Source: an uncultured Acidobacteriota bacterium (GTDB lineage Bacteria; Acidobacteriota; Thermoanaerobaculia; Multivoradales; UBA5704). From it: a stretch of 64,000 nt of DNA. The translations under genes were made by a program, and so were the position numbers. Under the pieces are notes generated by a model. It was not told where the DNA came from. It was given only the letters and a program-made list of their open reading frames with translations, and ran no database searches. Positions 47,991-56,452 of the stretch are shown piece after piece (within the stretch, counting starts at the first letter, position 1; the number at the start of each line of letters is the position of its first letter). The stretch spans positions 288,001 through 352,000 of the forward strand of contig CAVYRF010000001.1 in the NCBI GenBank assembly GCA_963770895.1, in the 5' to 3' direction.

Positions 47991-48317
47991 ATGACCAGCG
48001 TGACGGCCATGGAGCCTATTCCTCTGTCAACAACGGCGGACGGCGCCATCCGGATCGCTGGCTCGCGCGTGACGCTCGACACCCTGATCGACACGTTTCT
48101 GACTGGCGCGTCTCCAGAAGAGATCGCGGAGGACTTCCCGGTCCTTCGGCTCGATGACATCTACGCGGTGCTCACCTACTACCTGCGGCACCGCGGGGAC
48201 GTGGACGCCTATCTCCACAACCGTCGATCCCGGGCAGAGATCATGCGGCGCGAGATCGAGGACCACTCTACCCAGACCGGCCTGCGCGGCAGGCTCCTCG
48301 CCCGCCTCGGACGTTAG
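47991..48317 (+). CDS. DUF433 antitoxin
   Basis: DGAIRIAGSRVTLDTLI...GASPEEIAEDFP.L.LDDIYAVLTYY. Confidence 0.88.
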   Translation: MTSVTAMEPIPLSTTADGAIRIAGSRVTLDTLIDTFLTGASPEEIAEDFPVLRLDDIYAVLTYYLRHRGDVDAYLHNRRSRAEIMRREIEDHSTQTGLRGRLLARLGR

Positions 48318-48322
48318 GCCTC

Positions 48323-48673
48323 GTGCTCCGCTTGCTGGCCGATGAGAACTTCAATGGCCGGATTCTTCGAGCCCTGAAGCGTCAAATCCCTGCTCTTGAT
48401 GTTGTGCGGGCCCAAGATACTCAGCTACTCGGGACAGACGACGCTTCTCTTCTCCAATTCGCGGCTGACGAAGGAAGAGTTCTTGTCACTCACGATCAGG
48501 AGACCCTGGTGGGCCACGCTTGGCACCGGGTCCGAGCGGGAATGACGATGCCTGGCGTCATCGTCGCCCCAACGAGCTGTCCTATCGGTCAGGTCATCGC
48601 GGATTTGGAGCTTCTGCTCCTGGCCGGCAAGTTCGAGGATGTCGAGCGGCAGATTCTGTTCATTCCGCTGTAA
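48323..48673 (+). CDS. DUF5615 PIN-like toxin
   Basis: LLADENF, GTDDASLLQFA, GRVLVTHD, MPGVIV. Confidence 0.88.
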   Translation: MLRLLADENFNGRILRALKRQIPALDVVRAQDTQLLGTDDASLLQFAADEGRVLVTHDQETLVGHAWHRVRAGMTMPGVIVAPTSCPIGQVIADLELLLLAGKFEDVERQILFIPL

Positions 48674-48836
48674 TCGAAGCCAATGTCCCAGGCTCGGTTG
48701 AGGCGCTGGGATCAGCAGCCTGGCCAGCTCCGCACCGCCGCGCTGCTCCTAACCCTGCTGCGCCGGTCCCCAGCCCACGGCTTGAAGGCGTAGCCGGACC
48801 GTGGACGGGCAGCCGTCGCCGTCGGCCGCGTGGCCG

Positions 48837-49238
48837 TCAGGTGGGGTCGGCGGCGGCTGGGGTGCAGGTGTCGCAGGGGAGGGTGGCTGCGGCGTTCGGG
48901 CAGCAGCCGGTTTGCGCTGCCAGGCGCGCGGTGTCGTGCTGGGTGGCGGTGAGATGGCGGGTGCAGTGGCGGGCGGCGTCGAGCAGGGTCTGCGCCAGCT
49001 GGTTGGATTGCGGCGCCAGGCGGTAGTGGACCCAGAGGCCTCGCTTGTCGGCCTGGACGACTCCGGCTTTGCGGAGGTAGGCCAGGTGCCGGGAGGCCTT
49101 GGGTTGCGAAATGCCCAGGCTGTCGTGGATGTGGCAGACGCAGATCTCGCCTTGCTGCAGCAGGCCGACGATGCGGAGGCGGGTGGGGTCGGCCAGGGCT
49201 TTGAGGACCCGGTCGACGGCCTGAAGTTCGGTATCCAT
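48837..49238 (-). CDS. arsR: ArsR repressor
   Basis: KALADPTRLRI, EICVCHI As(III) site, SQPKASRHL; Cys-rich tail; divergent from the ars genes. Confidence 0.9.
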   Translation of the reverse strand: MDTELQAVDRVLKALADPTRLRIVGLLQQGEICVCHIHDSLGISQPKASRHLAYLRKAGVVQADKRGLWVHYRLAPQSNQLAQTLLDAARHCTRHLTATQHDTARLAAQTGCCPNAAATLPCDTCTPAAADPT

Positions 49239-49312
49239 ATGTGGCTTGACAAATATAGCAGGGTGCGGGGATGATGTCTACATCTGCTAAGCCATATGCA
49301 ATGGAGGCATCG

Positions 49313-50146
49313 ATGAACGAGACCGATCTGAAGGCAGCGATCCAGGACAAGTACGGCAAGGCGGCTGCGGGCGTGGCGGCGGGTTGCGGCTGCGGCTGTG
49401 ACTGCGGCGACCCCATCACGTCCAACCTGTATGACGCGGCCGATCGAGCGGCGTTGCCGGAGGAGGCGGTGAACGCCTCGCTTGGCTGTGGCAATCCCAC
49501 GGCGATGATCGAGCTGCGGCCGGGTGAGACGGTGCTCGACCTTGGCTCGGGCGGCGGCATCGACGTGCTGCTGTCCGCCCGCCGCGTCGGGCCGGCCGGC
49601 AAGGCGTACGGCTTGGACATGACCGACGAGATGCTGGCGCTGGCGCGCGACAACCAGCGCCGCGCGGGCGCCGTCAACGTCGAGTTCCTGAAGGGGGAGA
49701 TCGAGGCGATCCCCCTGCCGGACCGGTCGGTCGACGTGGTGATCTCCAACTGCGTGATCAACCTGTCGAGCGACAAGGACCGCGTGCTGCGGGAGGCGTT
49801 CCGGGTGCTCAGGCCGGGCGGGCGGTTTGCCGTCTCCGACGTCGTGGTGCGCGGCCCGGTGCCCGCGGAGGTGCGGCGCAGCGTCGAGCTGTGGGTCGGC
49901 TGCGTCGCCGGCGCGCTGGACGAAGACGACTACCGCGAAAAGCTGGCGCTGGCGGGCTTCACGGAGGTGGACATCGAGCCGTGGCGGGTCTACGCCATGA
50001 GCGACGCGCGCGCATTTCTGACCGCCGCCGGATTGGACCCCGCCGCGGTGCAGGCGAGCGCGGACGGCAAGTTTGCCAGCGCCTTCATCCGCGCGCGGCG
50101 GCCGGAGACGGCCGGTGAGGTGCACGATCGCGAGGCCTTGTCGTGA
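49313..50146 (+). CDS. arsM: Arsenite S-adenosylmethionine methyltransferase
   Basis: [35 protein letters not shown]; SD ggagg. Confidence 0.93.
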   Translation: MNETDLKAAIQDKYGKAAAGVAAGCGCGCDCGDPITSNLYDAADRAALPEEAVNASLGCGNPTAMIELRPGETVLDLGSGGGIDVLLSARRVGPAGKAYGLDMTDEMLALARDNQRRAGAVNVEFLKGEIEAIPLPDRSVDVVISNCVINLSSDKDRVLREAFRVLRPGGRFAVSDVVVRGPVPAEVRRSVELWVGCVAGALDEDDYREKLALAGFTEVDIEPWRVYAMSDARAFLTAAGLDPAAVQASADGKFASAFIRARRPETAGEVHDREALS

Positions 50147-50601
50147 CTGCCGCCGCCGGCCGTACATCGGTCGGGCGCGGCGTGCGGGTGCTCTTTCTCT
50201 GCACGCACAACAGCGCCCGCTCGCAGATGGCCGAGGGCATCCTGCGCCAGCTGGCGCCTGACGTCGACGTGGCGAGCGCCGGGACGGAGGTGACACGGGT
50301 GCATCCGCTCGCCATCCAGGCGATGGCGCTGCAGGGCATCGATATCTCGCGCCAGCGGTCCAAGCACGTGGAGGAGCTTGCGGGAGAGACCTTCAGCTAC
50401 GTCATCACGGTTTGCGATCGGGCGCGCGAATCCTGTCCAATCCTGCCGGGTGCCCCGCGGCAGATCCATTGGAGCATTGCCGATCCGTCGGCCGCCGCGG
50501 GCGACCCGGCGCAACAGCTGCGGGCGTTCCAGGGCGCGGCGCTCGAGCTGCTGACCCGCATCCGCCTGTTCGTCACGCTGCTGGAGCGTGAGGCGTCGTG
50601 A
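50143..50601 (+). CDS. arsC: Arsenate reductase (LMW-PTP fold)
   Basis: [19 protein letters not shown]...CP, HWSIADP. Confidence 0.88.
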   Translation: MTAAAGRTSVGRGVRVLFLCTHNSARSQMAEGILRQLAPDVDVASAGTEVTRVHPLAIQAMALQGIDISRQRSKHVEELAGETFSYVITVCDRARESCPILPGAPRQIHWSIADPSAAAGDPAQQLRAFQGAALELLTRIRLFVTLLEREAS

Positions 50602-51377
50602 CGGAGCCGCGCCGCGATCGGCCGGGCGGTGGGCAGCGCAATCCGCGAGCCCGAGGTCTGCCGGCCGCGTTGTGGCGCCGGGGGGCGGCGGAGCTGGTGG
50701 GCGTCTTCATCCTGGTGACAGCCGGGTGTGGTGCGATCGTGGTCGACAGTCTGACGGGCGCGCTGTCGCACGTCGGAGTGGCGGTCAGCTTTGGCCTGGC
50801 GGTGCTGGCGGCCATCGCGGCGACCGGCCACGTGTCCGGAGCACACCTCAATCCCGCCGTAACCGTGGCGTTTGCCAGCTTGCGGCACTTTCCCTGGACC
50901 GAGGTGCCGGTGTACGTGGGTGGGCAGCTGTGCGGCGCGGCAGCCGCAGCCTGGACGCTGCGGGCGCTGTTTGGGGCGCGCGCGAGTCTCGGCGTCACGC
51001 TCCCCGCTCACGACGTGTGGCAGGCCCTGGGCATGGAGGTGCTGCTGACCGCGGTGCTGATGTTCGTCATCACCGCGGTGGCGACGGACACCCGCGCCGT
51101 CGGCGAGCTGGCGGCGGTCGCCGTCGGCGCCACGGTGATGCTCGACGCGCTGTGGGGCGGGCCGGTCAGCGGCGCCTCGATGAATCCGGCCCGCTCGCTC
51201 GGTCCGGCGCTGGTGGCGGGCAGCTGGCAGGCTCACTGGGTCTACTGGCTGGGGCCGATCGCCGGGGCTCTGCTGGGTGCCGGCGTGTATGAGCTGCTGC
51301 GAGGACCGGGACGGAACCGCGCTCCCTCCGCCGCCGCGGCGCCGCCGTGCGCTGCGGCGGAGACCGCTCCGGGGTAG
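50598..51377 (+). CDS. MIP/aquaglyceroporin, probable arsenite channel
   Basis: Two NPA motifs ([17 protein letters not shown]); coupled to arsC. Confidence 0.88.
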   Translation: MTEPRRDRPGGGQRNPRARGLPAALWRRGAAELVGVFILVTAGCGAIVVDSLTGALSHVGVAVSFGLAVLAAIAATGHVSGAHLNPAVTVAFASLRHFPWTEVPVYVGGQLCGAAAAAWTLRALFGARASLGVTLPAHDVWQALGMEVLLTAVLMFVITAVATDTRAVGELAAVAVGATVMLDALWGGPVSGASMNPARSLGPALVAGSWQAHWVYWLGPIAGALLGAGVYELLRGPGRNRAPSAAAAPPCAAAETAPG

Positions 51378-51641
51378 TGGCAACGCCGCCAGGGGGCCGG
51401 CGGGCAAGCAAATACCATGCGAATGAACCGGGCGGACGACTCGCGTCGCCGGCGCCGTGCATCGCGGCATGGGGCCTGTCGCTCCCGGCGATACGCCGGC
51501 AACACGCCCAAGCGGCGCTCTTCGCGGCTGCGCTGCTCGCATCCTGAGGGACGGCGCTTGTCACCGCGCTTTCACCCCAAACCGGGGGGCGAGCTGCTAT
51601 TGTCGGGACAGCAGAATTCCTGTCGAGGGTGCAACGTGACG

Positions 51642-52301
51642 ATGCGAGCGTGCAGCGGTTGCTGGCGGCGCGGTGGCAGGGCGTACGGATCGGTTGCGGC
51701 GTCGATCCTGGCCGCTACCCTGGCCTTGGGCGTGGCCCTGGCGCTGGCGGGCTGCGGCCGGGCGGCGGTGGAGCGGGCGACCGCCGCGGCGAACGGCGGT
51801 GCGGCGACCGGTGGCGCGGCGTCGACCGGCGCGGTGAACGGCGGCGCGGCGTTGGGTGGGCCGGCGCAGGGCGACGCGGCGATGGAGGCGGACAGCGGGT
51901 GGAGCGCCACGACGCCGCGGGTCAATCGGACGCATATCTTTCAGGGCGGGGTCAACCGGCGCGGCAAGCCGGTGGGATTTCATTCGCGGCCGGGGGGGCG
52001 GGATCCGGCGCAGGCGCACGTGGTGCGGGTGCTGCGTCCGGCCAACGACCTGGGGGTCTACGAGGCGCTGGTGGAGATCACCGACCCGCGCGGCTATGGC
52101 GGCGCGGTGCGCAAGCGGTCGACCTTCTACCCCGATCGCCTGGACCACGCCGCGGTGGTCGCCGCGATCCTGAATGCCTGGAACCATCGCGAGCCGGGAG
52201 ACGGCGGCGAGCGCTTCCGCGGCCCGTCGGGCCTGGGCTTTACCATCGAGGGCTACGTGCTGGACGACGGCAGCATCAACACCGCCTACCCCCTCTATTA
52301 G
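51642..52301 (+). CDS. Lipoprotein with bacterial EndoU nuclease domain
   Basis: Lipobox LAGC; THIFQG...GFHS...KRSTFYP...INTAYP EndoU motifs; start uncertain. Confidence 0.8.
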   Translation: MRACSGCWRRGGRAYGSVAASILAATLALGVALALAGCGRAAVERATAAANGGAATGGAASTGAVNGGAALGGPAQGDAAMEADSGWSATTPRVNRTHIFQGGVNRRGKPVGFHSRPGGRDPAQAHVVRVLRPANDLGVYEALVEITDPRGYGGAVRKRSTFYPDRLDHAAVVAAILNAWNHREPGDGGERFRGPSGLGFTIEGYVLDDGSINTAYPLY

Positions 52302-52305
52302 TGCC

Positions 52306-52845
52306 ATGGCCCCCATGCCCCTCGAATTCTATTGGGACGAAGCCGGCGACCCGCGCGCCCGCCCCGCCGCCCATGGCGCTGATGCGGCCGATCGCGCAGA
52401 TGGAGCCCCTGCCGCAGGTAGCGCAGATGGTGCGGGCGACAGCCCCGCCGCCGATGCCGCCCACGCGGCGGGTCCCGCTGCCGACATGGGCGCCCCTGGC
52501 CGAGCTACCACGGGCGGCGCCGCGGCGGCAGCGGCGGCGCGCTACCTGGAGAGCGACGTGCAGGGGAGCGTCAGCCAGGCGCGCGAAATCGTGCACGTGA
52601 TCGACCGCATCCTTGCCGGCCGGCTGCACACCTGGTGCGACACCGGCAACGCCCACACGCTGACCCTGACCCGGCGCGGCGCGACCATCGAGCTGGAGGC
52701 GGACGGCGGCGGCGGCAAGCCCACCCGCCTTTCGCTGGCCGACACGCGGCAGGCGGTGGCCGACTGGCTGGCCTTTCTGCAACGCGGCAGGGGAGCGGCC
52801 GCCGCCCCCCCGCCGCCAACGCCCCCACCTTCCGCGGCCGGCTGA
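52306..52845 (+). CDS. YacL/UPF0231-like protein, candidate immunity protein
   Basis: LEFYWDEAGDPRAR...YLESDVQ...WCDTGNAHTLTL...LADTRQAVADWLAFL pattern recalls YacL; starts 4 nt after the EndoU stop. Confidence 0.55.
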   Translation: MAPMPLEFYWDEAGDPRARPAAHGADAADRADGAPAAGSADGAGDSPAADAAHAAGPAADMGAPGRATTGGAAAAAAARYLESDVQGSVSQAREIVHVIDRILAGRLHTWCDTGNAHTLTLTRRGATIELEADGGGGKPTRLSLADTRQAVADWLAFLQRGRGAAAAPPPPTPPPSAAG

Positions 52846-52969
52846 GCGCCACGGCTGCCGCGGGCAGGCCCGCCTGTCGGTGCGCGGAGCCGCCTGCCGC
52901 TGATGGGGCTGTCCCCGCGATGGGCCGCCGCGCCTCCTGTCCGCGCCTCCTGTCCGCGCCGCGATGAGC

Positions 52970-53452
52970 TTACAGCGACCGCAGGACGGCCTGGGCGCCG
53001 GTGCCGGTGACCTGGTTGGGGACGTCGGTGACCAGGCTGCGCAGGACGCCGTCTTCGAACACCGCGGCGTAGCGCTGCGAGCGGATGCCCATGCCGAAGG
53101 CGCGGGCGTCCAGCTCCAGGCCCAGGGCGCGGGCCAGGTCGCCGTTGCCGTCGGCCAGCAGCTGGACCTTGCCCTCGGTGCCGTGTTCCTTGCCCCAGGC
53201 GGTCAGGACGCTGATGTCGTTGACCGCGGTGCAGGCTACCAGGTCCACGCCCTTGGCCTTGAGGTCGTCGGCCAGCTCGACGTAGCTGGGCAGGTGCTGG
53301 GTCGAACAGGTGCCGGTGAACGCTCCGGGCACGCCGAACAGGACCACCTTCTTGCCGCGCAGGAGCTCGGCGGTGGATACGTCACGGACCCCTTCAGGGG
53401 TGCCGGTCTTCACTTTCACGTCGGGAATCCGGTCGCCAACAGAAATCGCCAT
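52970..53452 (-). CDS. Peroxiredoxin, Prx5 type
   Basis: VVLFGVPGAFTGTCSTQHLP, AVNDI, LADGNG, RSQRYA. Confidence 0.92.
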   Translation of the reverse strand: MAISVGDRIPDVKVKTGTPEGVRDVSTAELLRGKKVVLFGVPGAFTGTCSTQHLPSYVELADDLKAKGVDLVACTAVNDISVLTAWGKEHGTEGKVQLLADGNGDLARALGLELDARAFGMGIRSQRYAAVFEDGVLRSLVTDVPNQVTGTGAQAVLRSL

Positions 53453-53540
53453 CGCGTCAGTCCCTCCACCGGGCCGCGGCGGTGGCGGGCTGGACTGCCC
53501 GCGCGCCGCGCTCATGGTATGCCGCCTTTATACTCCAGCC

Positions 53541-54002
53541 ATGCGTCCGCGGGGCGACAAGGCGCCACCCCCTCCCGATCCCGACGGCGGCCTGTGGCAG
53601 GGGCGGTCGGTGGCGCGGCGGTTCGTGTCGCCGGACGGCCTGATCGTGCTGGTGGGCCGCACCGCCGCCGACAACGACGTGCTCAGCCTGAAGCTGGGCG
53701 CGCCGCGCGATTTCTGGCTGCACGTCGCCGGCGAGTCGGGCTCGCACGTGGTGGTGCGCAACCCGGAGGGGCTGGAGCGCCTGCCGCGCGACACCGAGCG
53801 TTTCGCCGCCGGGCTGGCGGCGCGCTACTCGAAAGCGCAGCACGGCGGCCGCGTTGCCGTCCACCTGACCCGCTGTGCAGAAGTGAGCAAACCGCGCGGC
53901 CTGCCGCCCGGCCAGGTCCAGTTGGGGCGCTACCGCACATTGCAAGCCGTACCCTGGCGCGAGCCGGCGGCCGGCGGAAGCACGGAGGACTCCCAGGATT
54001 GA
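53541..54002 (+). CDS. Stand-alone NFACT-R (DUF814) RNA-binding domain protein
   Basis: VLVGRTAADNDVLS...DFWLHVAGESGSHVVVR...AAGLAARYSKA...VSKPRGLPPGQV. Confidence 0.85.
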   Translation: MRPRGDKAPPPPDPDGGLWQGRSVARRFVSPDGLIVLVGRTAADNDVLSLKLGAPRDFWLHVAGESGSHVVVRNPEGLERLPRDTERFAAGLAARYSKAQHGGRVAVHLTRCAEVSKPRGLPPGQVQLGRYRTLQAVPWREPAAGGSTEDSQD

Positions 54003-54218
54003 CCTCCCGGAATGCGCCGTGGAGCGGTAGAGACGGACAGGATGGACGCCAGCAGAGGGGAGGGATCGGGACTGCGACAACTGGCGGCCCCTGCGACGAG
54101 GGCGCCGGGTCGGTGGCAGAGGCGCCTGAACCGAGGGCCGATCGCGGGAACTGGGGAGGAGGGGATGCGGTGGCCGGCGCCGCCGGGCCGCGGACGGGCC
54201 GCGGCGCCTGGCCGGCCG

Positions 54219-54449
54219 CTATTCGGTATCTTCGACCGGCGTGATCTCTTCGGGGAGGGCCGGGAGCTTTACTTCGCGTACGGCGCCGCTCCAGTCGATG
54301 GTCGGGTCATCCATCGGGTTGTCGGCGTGCGACGACGGTACCTTTTTCTGCTCGCGCCGTTCTTGCCGCTTGGCGAGCTTTTCCTGCGCCTGCTGCATCC
54401 GCGCACGCTCGCGCTGCCGTCGTGCCATCGATGCTTGATTGGATGCCAT
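54219..54449 (-). CDS. Small hypothetical protein with basic helical N-half and acidic C-half
   Basis: SD ggag; MASNQASMARRQRERARMQQAQEKLAKRQERREQKK... Confidence 0.6.
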   Translation of the reverse strand: MASNQASMARRQRERARMQQAQEKLAKRQERREQKKVPSSHADNPMDDPTIDWSGAVREVKLPALPEEITPVEDTE

Positions 54450-54820
54450 CCACCACTCTCCTGTTCTTCTTCCCGCGACCCGCAGACCCGAGTTCCGGCG
54501 ACCTCGCGGCGTTGTTGGGGCAGTTTGCGTATCTTACCAGACCGAAACCGAGATCGCAGGGAAAAAGAGCCCGCGCCGAGGTGGGGCGATTCGTCGCGGC
54601 CGGCAGGGGCCGCGGCGGCTCGCCTCCCCGGCGCGGGCCAGGGGGGACAGAGATGTCGAATGATGAACCCGCCGCGGGTGCCGCGCCTACGGCCTGAAGG
54701 GTGATCTTTGTAGGTTCTTGATAATCGGCGCCCGGCTTCTTAATGCAGCGCGGGCAGGCCTTTGCGGGCCCTGCAGGGCGCTGCCCGTTCACCGGCGGGC
54801 GTTTGCCGGCATCCGGGGGG

Positions 54821-54980
54821 GCCGCGCGGTCGCCGGCGGGGCATTGCGGACCTGCGGGGTCGCCGCGCGGTCGCCGGGGGCATTGCGGGCCTGCCGCGGG
54901 GTCACCGCCCGGTTTCCGGGGGCACGCGGACCTGCCGGGGCGCCGCGGCGGGGGCCGCAGAGCTGCCGGGGCGCCGCTGC
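54821..54980. repeat. Degenerate ~40-bp tandem repeat (minisatellite), 3-4 units
   Basis: Units such as gccgcgcggtcgccgg(c)ggggcattgcgg(a/g)cctgc(cgc)ggggtc, with no unique spacers. Confidence 0.6.
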
Positions 54981-55006
54981 CGGGGTGCCGGCCGGACGTC
55001 GCGCGA

Positions 55007-56452
55007 CTACTTCTTGGGCGGCGGCGGCTTGAGCGCGGCGGCGACGGGGCGGGAGCGGGCGCCGTTGCGGCCGACGGAGCGCACGGCAAAGAAGTGGTTG
55101 TCGGTCGACACGCCGGCCAGCACCCTCTCGCCAGCCTGCGGCACGGCCTGGTAGACCGACCAGCGGGGGGCGGTGGTTTCGCGCCAGAGGATCTCGAAGC
55201 CGGCGCGCTCGGGGTCGTCGGGGGCGGTCCAGGCCAGGTGGGCGTCCGGCGTCACGCCGCCCGCGATGGTGACGTCGGCGGGCGCCGCCGGCGCCAGCGC
55301 CAGCTGGCGCAGCGATTCGGCGTTGACGCGCGCCACGTCGCCGACGAAATGGAAGTTCATGAACTTGACCAGGTCGCCGTATTCGCGGCCGTCTTCGATG
55401 CGCGGCGTCTGGTGTTCGTGGGCGTAGTTTTCCACCGGCTCGGTGAAGCGCACCGCCGGCAGACCCGCTTCGACGAACGGCCGGTGATCGCCGCCGCGGC
55501 CCAGGCGGTCCAGGCGGAAGATCAGCCGCACCGCGTCGACGCCGGCGATCTCTTCGATCGCCCGCGCCAGGTCGCGCGAGGGCGAATCGACGCCGTCGGG
55601 GCCGCCGCCCGAAAACAGGCGGATGCGGTGCGGCCCGCCGGGGGCGAAGTCGGCGCCGACGATGTCGTTGTCCAGATAGCCGCCGATGGTATAGCCCTTC
55701 TCCTGCAAGTATTCGCGCAGGTGGGCGCCGCCCAGGAGCCCCTGCTCTTCGGCGGAGACGGCGGCAAACAGCAGCGTCGCCCGGTAGCGGCCGCCGGCCA
55801 GCAGGCGGGCGGCTTCGACGGCGACCGCCACGCCCGAGGCGTCATCGTCGGCGCCGGGGGCGTCGGCCGCCGGGTCCATGATCGACGTGGGCATGGAGTC
55901 GAAGTGGCCCGACACCAGGAAGACGGTCTTGCCCAGCGCCGGGTCGGAGCCGGGGAGCAGGGCCAGCACGTTTTCCAGCGGCACCGGCCGGTCGTTGGTG
56001 CGCGGCGCCGTGGCGGTGAAGTGGTCGACGCTCACCTGCAGGCGGTCGCCGTTGGCGTGGGCGATGGCCTGAAAGGCGGCCAGCACGCGGTCGCGGCCGC
56101 AGCCGATGCCGCGCTTGGGGTCGCTCCACGACGACAGCGAATGGCGCGTGCCGCAGGCCGCCAGGGTTTCGACCGTGGCGCGCAACGCCGCTTCGTCGAC
56201 GGCGCCGCGCGCCACCACACCGGTGGGCGGGGCGGGCGGCAGGTTGTCCGCGCCGCGGGCCGGGGAGCCGACCGCGGGCTCGGCCGGATCGCGGCTGAGC
56301 GGCGCCCGCGCCCCGGTCGTGCCGGCGCAGGCGCTGAGCAAGCCGGCGGCGGCCAACGCGGTGATTGGCAGGCGGGGTAGGCGGAGCAGGTGGGGCAGGC
56401 GCGGTAGGCGGCCTTCCCCCAGGCACCGCCGGGCTGCTGCGCGCGCGGTCAA
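55007..56452 (-). CDS. M28-family peptidase lipoprotein
   Basis: Lipobox LSAC; SGHFDS, PGADDDASG, AEEQGL, NDIVG, RGGDH, HEHQ; TTG start overlapping the upstream stop (start uncertain). Confidence 0.85.
   Translation of the reverse strand: MTARAAARRCLGEGRLPRLPHLLRLPRLPITALAAAGLLSACAGTTGARAPLSRDPAEPAVGSPARGADNLPPAPPTGVVARGAVDEAALRATVETLAACGTRHSLSSWSDPKRGIGCGRDRVLAAFQAIAHANGDRLQVSVDHFTATAPRTNDRPVPLENVLALLPGSDPALGKTVFLVSGHFDSMPTSIMDPAADAPGADDDASGVAVAVEAARLLAGGRYRATLLFAAVSAEEQGLLGGAHLREYLQEKGYTIGGYLDNDIVGADFAPGGPHRIRLFSGGGPDGVDSPSRDLARAIEEIAGVDAVRLIFRLDRLGRGGDHRPFVEAGLPAVRFTEPVENYAHEHQTPRIEDGREYGDLVKFMNFHFVGDVARVNAESLRQLALAPAAPADVTIAGGVTPDAHLAWTAPDDPERAGFEILWRETTAPRWSVYQAVPQAGERVLAGVSTDNHFFAVRSVGRNGARSRPVAAALKPPPPKK

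Noticed and set aside
52928-52960. 13-bp tandem repeat ccgcgcctcctgt x2.5 between convergent genes
   Set aside because: Most likely a slippage duplication; no evidence of function
54790-54985. CRISPR array
   Set aside because: Units are contiguous and degenerate with no unique spacers, and there are no cas genes
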